Positions 17,170-20,000 of a DNA stretch of 20,000 nucleotides are shown piece after piece. The notes under the pieces were generated by a model. The model saw only the letters and a list, made by a program, of their open reading frames with translations. It made no database searches and was not told the origin of the DNA. The position numbers and the translations under genes were made by a program. Source of the DNA: an uncultured virus (IMG/VR IMGVR_UViG_3300005526_000008) (taxonomy: Duplodnaviria > Heunggongvirae > Uroviricota > Caudoviricetes). The stretch lies in the IMG/VR virus record IMGVR_UViG_3300005526_000008, positions 55,330 to 75,329 of that record; one strand, given 5' to 3'. Numbering within the stretch: the stretch's first letter is position 1; the number at the start of each line of letters is the position of its first letter.

Positions 17170-17567
17170 CAGGCGAGGGTGATGAGCAGCGATCCCGGGT
17201 TGATCAGCAGGCTGTCGCCGATCGCCAGGGTGCGCGCCACCGACAGCGTGCCGAACCACAGCGCGTTGCCGCCCGTCACTGCCGCCGTGTCCCAGATCGA
17301 GATCCCCGAGATCGTGCGCGCGCTGCTGAACGGCCCGTAGCTGAGCGTGTTGGCGTTCGAGCACGACCCGGCCGGCGAGGCCGCGGCGCCCATCGTCACC
17401 GTCGCCCGGTTGGCGCCCTCGCCGGTGGCGATCTCGTACATGCTCGCCGTGGTCGGCGCCGTACTGGTCGCCACCGCCACCGCCCAGGCGGCGATCGCCG
17501 GCTCGGCCGCGCCGCCCAGCGTGTAATCGAGCATCGCTTTCACGCCATATGGAGTAATGCCAGCCAT
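17169..17567 (-). CDS. Small phage fibre-type structural protein
   Basis: 132 aa. ANRATVTM..CSNANTLSYG..ISGISIWDTAAVTGGNALWFGTLSVARTLAIGDSLLINPGSLLITLA is the pattern of a widespread small phage structural family often annotated 'tail fiber protein'. Confidence 0.78.
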   Translation of the reverse strand: MAGITPYGVKAMLDYTLGGAAEPAIAAWAVAVATSTAPTTASMYEIATGEGANRATVTMGAAASPAGSCSNANTLSYGPFSSARTISGISIWDTAAVTGGNALWFGTLSVARTLAIGDSLLINPGSLLITLA

Positions 17568-17568
17568 A

Positions 17569-18609
17569 TCAGTGTCCTTTCAGGTTGGAGCGGACGGCGG
17601 TGAAAACCGTGTCGAGTGCGATGTCCGCCATGCACTTCGACGCCTCGGCGTCAGCAGCCTTGACGCAGGTGCTCGCGTCGTCATGCAGCCTGTGACAGGG
17701 ATAGCAGGGCACGCGCTCCGGATCGGCGTGCAAGGACGTCGTATTAACCCAGTGCTTGGTGATGTTCTCTTCCGAAGCGTGCGACAACACCACCACCTTC
17801 GGCATCTTCTCCATCGCCACCGCCCAGGCCAGCCCGGTGTCGGGCGTGAGCACCAGGTCGCATTGCTGAATGGTGGCGAGCGCCCGGCGGATCGGCCAGG
17901 ATGGGTTCTTGGGATCGGGGGAAATGGCGGCGTGCAGTCCGTCAAGCGAGCCACGCCAGAGCTGTACGAAGTCCTGGACGTGCTGCGCCATCTTGTGATC
18001 GCGCTCGCCGGCCCCGAACAGCACTACCCTGACCTCGAGCTCGCCAAGCAGGCGCACCACCAGCATCGGCAAGTACGGCCAAATCTTATCAAGGCGCGAA
18101 CCAGAGATGGCGATGCCGACCACCCGGCGGTTCACGCCGTCACGTACGTTGTCCAGCGTGTCCCCGGCCTGCATCTGCTCTTTCTCGGTCGGGTAGAAGC
18201 GCGGACCGGGATCGAACTGGTGCGCCACGCCGCAAATGTCGTGGACATATTCGAGGTAGTTGTGACCGCACATCTTGCGTCGGAAGGCATCTGGCCACCA
18301 AAACGCGCATTCATTCCTGAACAGCGCCAGCTTGGTTTCGCAGCTGTGCGACAGGTTCACCCACCAGTCGTATTCGCTGCCGCGGTCGCGCATCCAGGCA
18401 TGCCATTGCTCGCCGTTGCCACCGGACGGAATATCACCTTCCTTCTTGACGATAATCCGCGACACGTAGGGGTTATTCTCGAAAACACAGGCCTGCGGCG
18501 CCTGCGCCATGACGTCGACCTCGTGGTTTTTGGCCAGCAGCGATAGCGCTGAAGCGGCGATGAGATTGTCGCCGATGCCGCCGAGCCGAACCACGAGGGC
18601 CCGGCTCAC
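17569..18609 (-). CDS. Glycosyltransferase family 9 (ADP-heptosyltransferase-like, GT-B fold)
   Basis: 346 aa from GTG 18609 (GTGA overlap). ALVVRLGGIGDNL, VFENNPYV, SRLDKIWP, CDLVLTPDTGLAWAVA and C-terminal CYPC-x9-C-x10-CMADI. Confidence 0.88.
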   Translation of the reverse strand: MSRALVVRLGGIGDNLIAASALSLLAKNHEVDVMAQAPQACVFENNPYVSRIIVKKEGDIPSGGNGEQWHAWMRDRGSEYDWWVNLSHSCETKLALFRNECAFWWPDAFRRKMCGHNYLEYVHDICGVAHQFDPGPRFYPTEKEQMQAGDTLDNVRDGVNRRVVGIAISGSRLDKIWPYLPMLVVRLLGELEVRVVLFGAGERDHKMAQHVQDFVQLWRGSLDGLHAAISPDPKNPSWPIRRALATIQQCDLVLTPDTGLAWAVAMEKMPKVVVLSHASEENITKHWVNTTSLHADPERVPCYPCHRLHDDASTCVKAADAEASKCMADIALDTVFTAVRSNLKGH

Positions 18610-18842
18610 CCTGCGCTGCCCTGGGCGCTGATGTGGATGATCTCGTCGATGACAACGGTCTTGGGCTGGCCGTCGCCCGGCGGCCGCTTGGCCTGGTATT
18701 CCGCCCGCGTCGCCTCGAGCGCCGCCGGATACTTGTCGGGCGAGGTCTGCCACAACTGGTGTAATTCAGCTGCCTTCTCTTTTACCCAAGCCGCCAGGGC
18801 CGGGTAGTCATCGGCCGCACCCAATAGAGCTTCTTCAGTCAT
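18606..18842 (-). CDS. Small hypothetical protein
   Basis: 78 aa. ATGA overlap with the methyltransferase stop and GTGA overlap with the GT9 start; fills the gap exactly. Confidence 0.72.
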   Translation of the reverse strand: MTEEALLGAADDYPALAAWVKEKAAELHQLWQTSPDKYPAALEATRAEYQAKRPPGDGQPKTVVIDEIIHISAQGSAG

Positions 18843-19465
18843 TCATTCCTCCATTTGCGTAGCATTGCCCCCGGCTGGCAGAGCGTTTCCGGCACCGGCA
18901 GCGCGGATACCGACGTGAAGCCGTGGTGATCCAGCCGTTCAAAAACCGACACGCCATCGTCGGCCCATCCCCAGATCTGGCCCTCGCGCACCGGCACGAA
19001 ACGCTCCGGCCGTTCCATCGTGCACAGAGTGCCACCAGGGCTGATCCCCGCCTTTAGCGTGCGCATCACCCCGTCGAGGATCGGCATCGGGATATGCTGC
19101 AGACACCACACCGTCAGCCCGCCATCTGCCAGGAAAGCGTTCTCGACCATGCAGTTGAAGAACCGCGGCGTGACCGCCTGGAACCACTCCGGGTTGCCCA
19201 CATACGTCGTGGCCATGGCGCGCATCGAGGCGCTCTGGTCGACCCCGACCACGCAGCAGCTCGTCCGGTCGACCATGGCCTTGCTCATCCGGCCGATGCC
19301 ACAGCCGTAGTCCACGACCATGTCGAGCGGCACGAAATCGAGCTTCTCGATCAGCCACTCGGTCTCGAGCTTCCAGCGCTCGTCGGTCGACAGCCCCATT
19401 TCGGGCGTGAGGATGATCGACTTTGCTTCTTCGATCGTGGCGCAGTCGAAGATCGTTGAACCCAT
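18839..19465 (-). CDS. Class I SAM-dependent methyltransferase
   Basis: 208 aa from ATG 19465. Motif I VVDYGCGIGR, motif II VVGVDQSASM, then WCLQHIP..ISPGGTL. No DNA-MTase catalytic motif (DPPY/NPPY/PC). Confidence 0.9.
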   Translation of the reverse strand: MGSTIFDCATIEEAKSIILTPEMGLSTDERWKLETEWLIEKLDFVPLDMVVDYGCGIGRMSKAMVDRTSCCVVGVDQSASMRAMATTYVGNPEWFQAVTPRFFNCMVENAFLADGGLTVWCLQHIPMPILDGVMRTLKAGISPGGTLCTMERPERFVPVREGQIWGWADDGVSVFERLDHHGFTSVSALPVPETLCQPGAMLRKWRNE

Positions 19466-19467
19466 GG

Positions 19468-20000
19468 TCACATCCGATTTGCAAGTATGGTTATGCCGAC
19501 GTCGGCGAGCAGCAAGTCTTGCTCCGGCGCCACGAGCTGCATGACGTCGCCGACCTCGAGCAAGCCGCCAGCGCCGGTAAGCAGGCAACTCGAACGGCTG
19601 GCTGGGGTGAGTGTTATCGTACCCAGTTCCACGACGCCGTCCGTTTCGCTCAACCGATTGAGCAGAAAGACCGCATTGGCTGCCGGCGGAGCCTTGGCAT
19701 AACTCACCGTGCCCGCCAGGCCGACCGGCACAGTCAGCGCGAAGCTCATCGGCAGGTTGATTTCTGTACCAGCCGCGGGGCGCCCGGCGTAGGGGAAGCT
19801 GATCGGCAACTGGCGCAACTCGACCGGAAGCTGGGGATAGCCGATCGGCACCGTCCCGAAATCGGCGATCTCGACGACCTCGACCAGCGGCGGCGGCGCC
19901 AGCACGTCGACCACGAGCGCGATCGGCGCCGGCATGATGACGTCGACCACCAGTACCGGCGGCGCGTCGACCACCACGTCAACGACGATGGTCTCGGTGA
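19468..20000 (-). CDS. Hypothetical beta-rich protein with N-terminal (V/I)VDV-Pro repeats; 5'-truncated
   Basis: Frame open to the window end (..TETIVVDVVVDAPPVLVVDVIMPAPIALVVDVLAPPPLVEVVEI), followed by a compact beta-rich domain. Stop lies just before the methyltransferase ATG. Confidence 0.75.
   Translation of the reverse strand, partial: TETIVVDVVVDAPPVLVVDVIMPAPIALVVDVLAPPPLVEVVEIADFGTVPIGYPQLPVELRQLPISFPYAGRPAAGTEINLPMSFALTVPVGLAGTVSYAKAPPAANAVFLLNRLSETDGVVELGTITLTPASRSSCLLTGAGGLLEVGDVMQLVAPEQDLLLADVGITILANRM

Larger units (their letters stand above)
1..20000 (-). mobile_element. Tailed bacteriophage or prophage virion-morphogenesis and accessory region
   Basis: Portal, head-spike-base-like, giant fibre, HNH and DUF968-like genes all lie on one strand with almost no intergenic space. 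No host housekeeping genes, integrase or att site are visible, so free phage and prophage cannot be told apart. Confidence 0.93.

Noticed and set aside
17557..18546. 329-aa plus-strand ORF
   Set aside because: Antisense to the GT9 gene.
18839..19465. Methyltransferase as a DNA MTase or restriction-modification component
   Set aside because: Lacks DPPY/NPPY or PC catalytic motifs; looks like a small-molecule or glycan class I MTase.
15443..19588. Longer ORF-track starts (19588, 18753, 17364, 16266, 15886)
   Set aside because: The extensions overlap upstream genes. Coupled or adjacent starts at 19465, 18609, 17169, 16173 and 15856 fit better.

Overview
The window is a tightly packed, GC-rich segment of a tailed phage or prophage, probably with an alphaproteobacterial-type host (inferred from GC content and a GTA-like head-spike base homologue). 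All credible genes are on the minus strand, and many are translationally coupled by ATGA/GTGA/TTGA/TGATG/TAATG overlaps. In transcription order (20000 to 1): partial beta-rich protein; class I SAM methyltransferase; small hypothetical; GT9 (heptosyltransferase-like) glycosyltransferase; small fibre-type structural protein; CxxCxxCC protein; beta-rich protein; Cys-rich Zn-finger; cupin; hypothetical; a 3127-aa modular fibre/adhesin; three small hypotheticals; NUMOD4-HNH homing endonuclease; DUF968-like nuclease; head-spike-base-like protein; portal; and a >683-aa ORF absent from the supplied ORF track (it runs off the window start) that carries a JAB/MPN metalloprotease-like module. Highlights: (i) a giant fibre built on a 20-aa beta-repeat stalk with globular lectin-like domains grafted mostly at the same Gly turn; (ii) a coupled GT9/methyltransferase/metalloprotein cassette that may modify this fibre; (iii) a portal-coupled mosaic protein with a JAB domain; (iv) no terminase in the ~16 kb upstream of the portal. 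Family assignments come from motif recognition only; no database searches were run.
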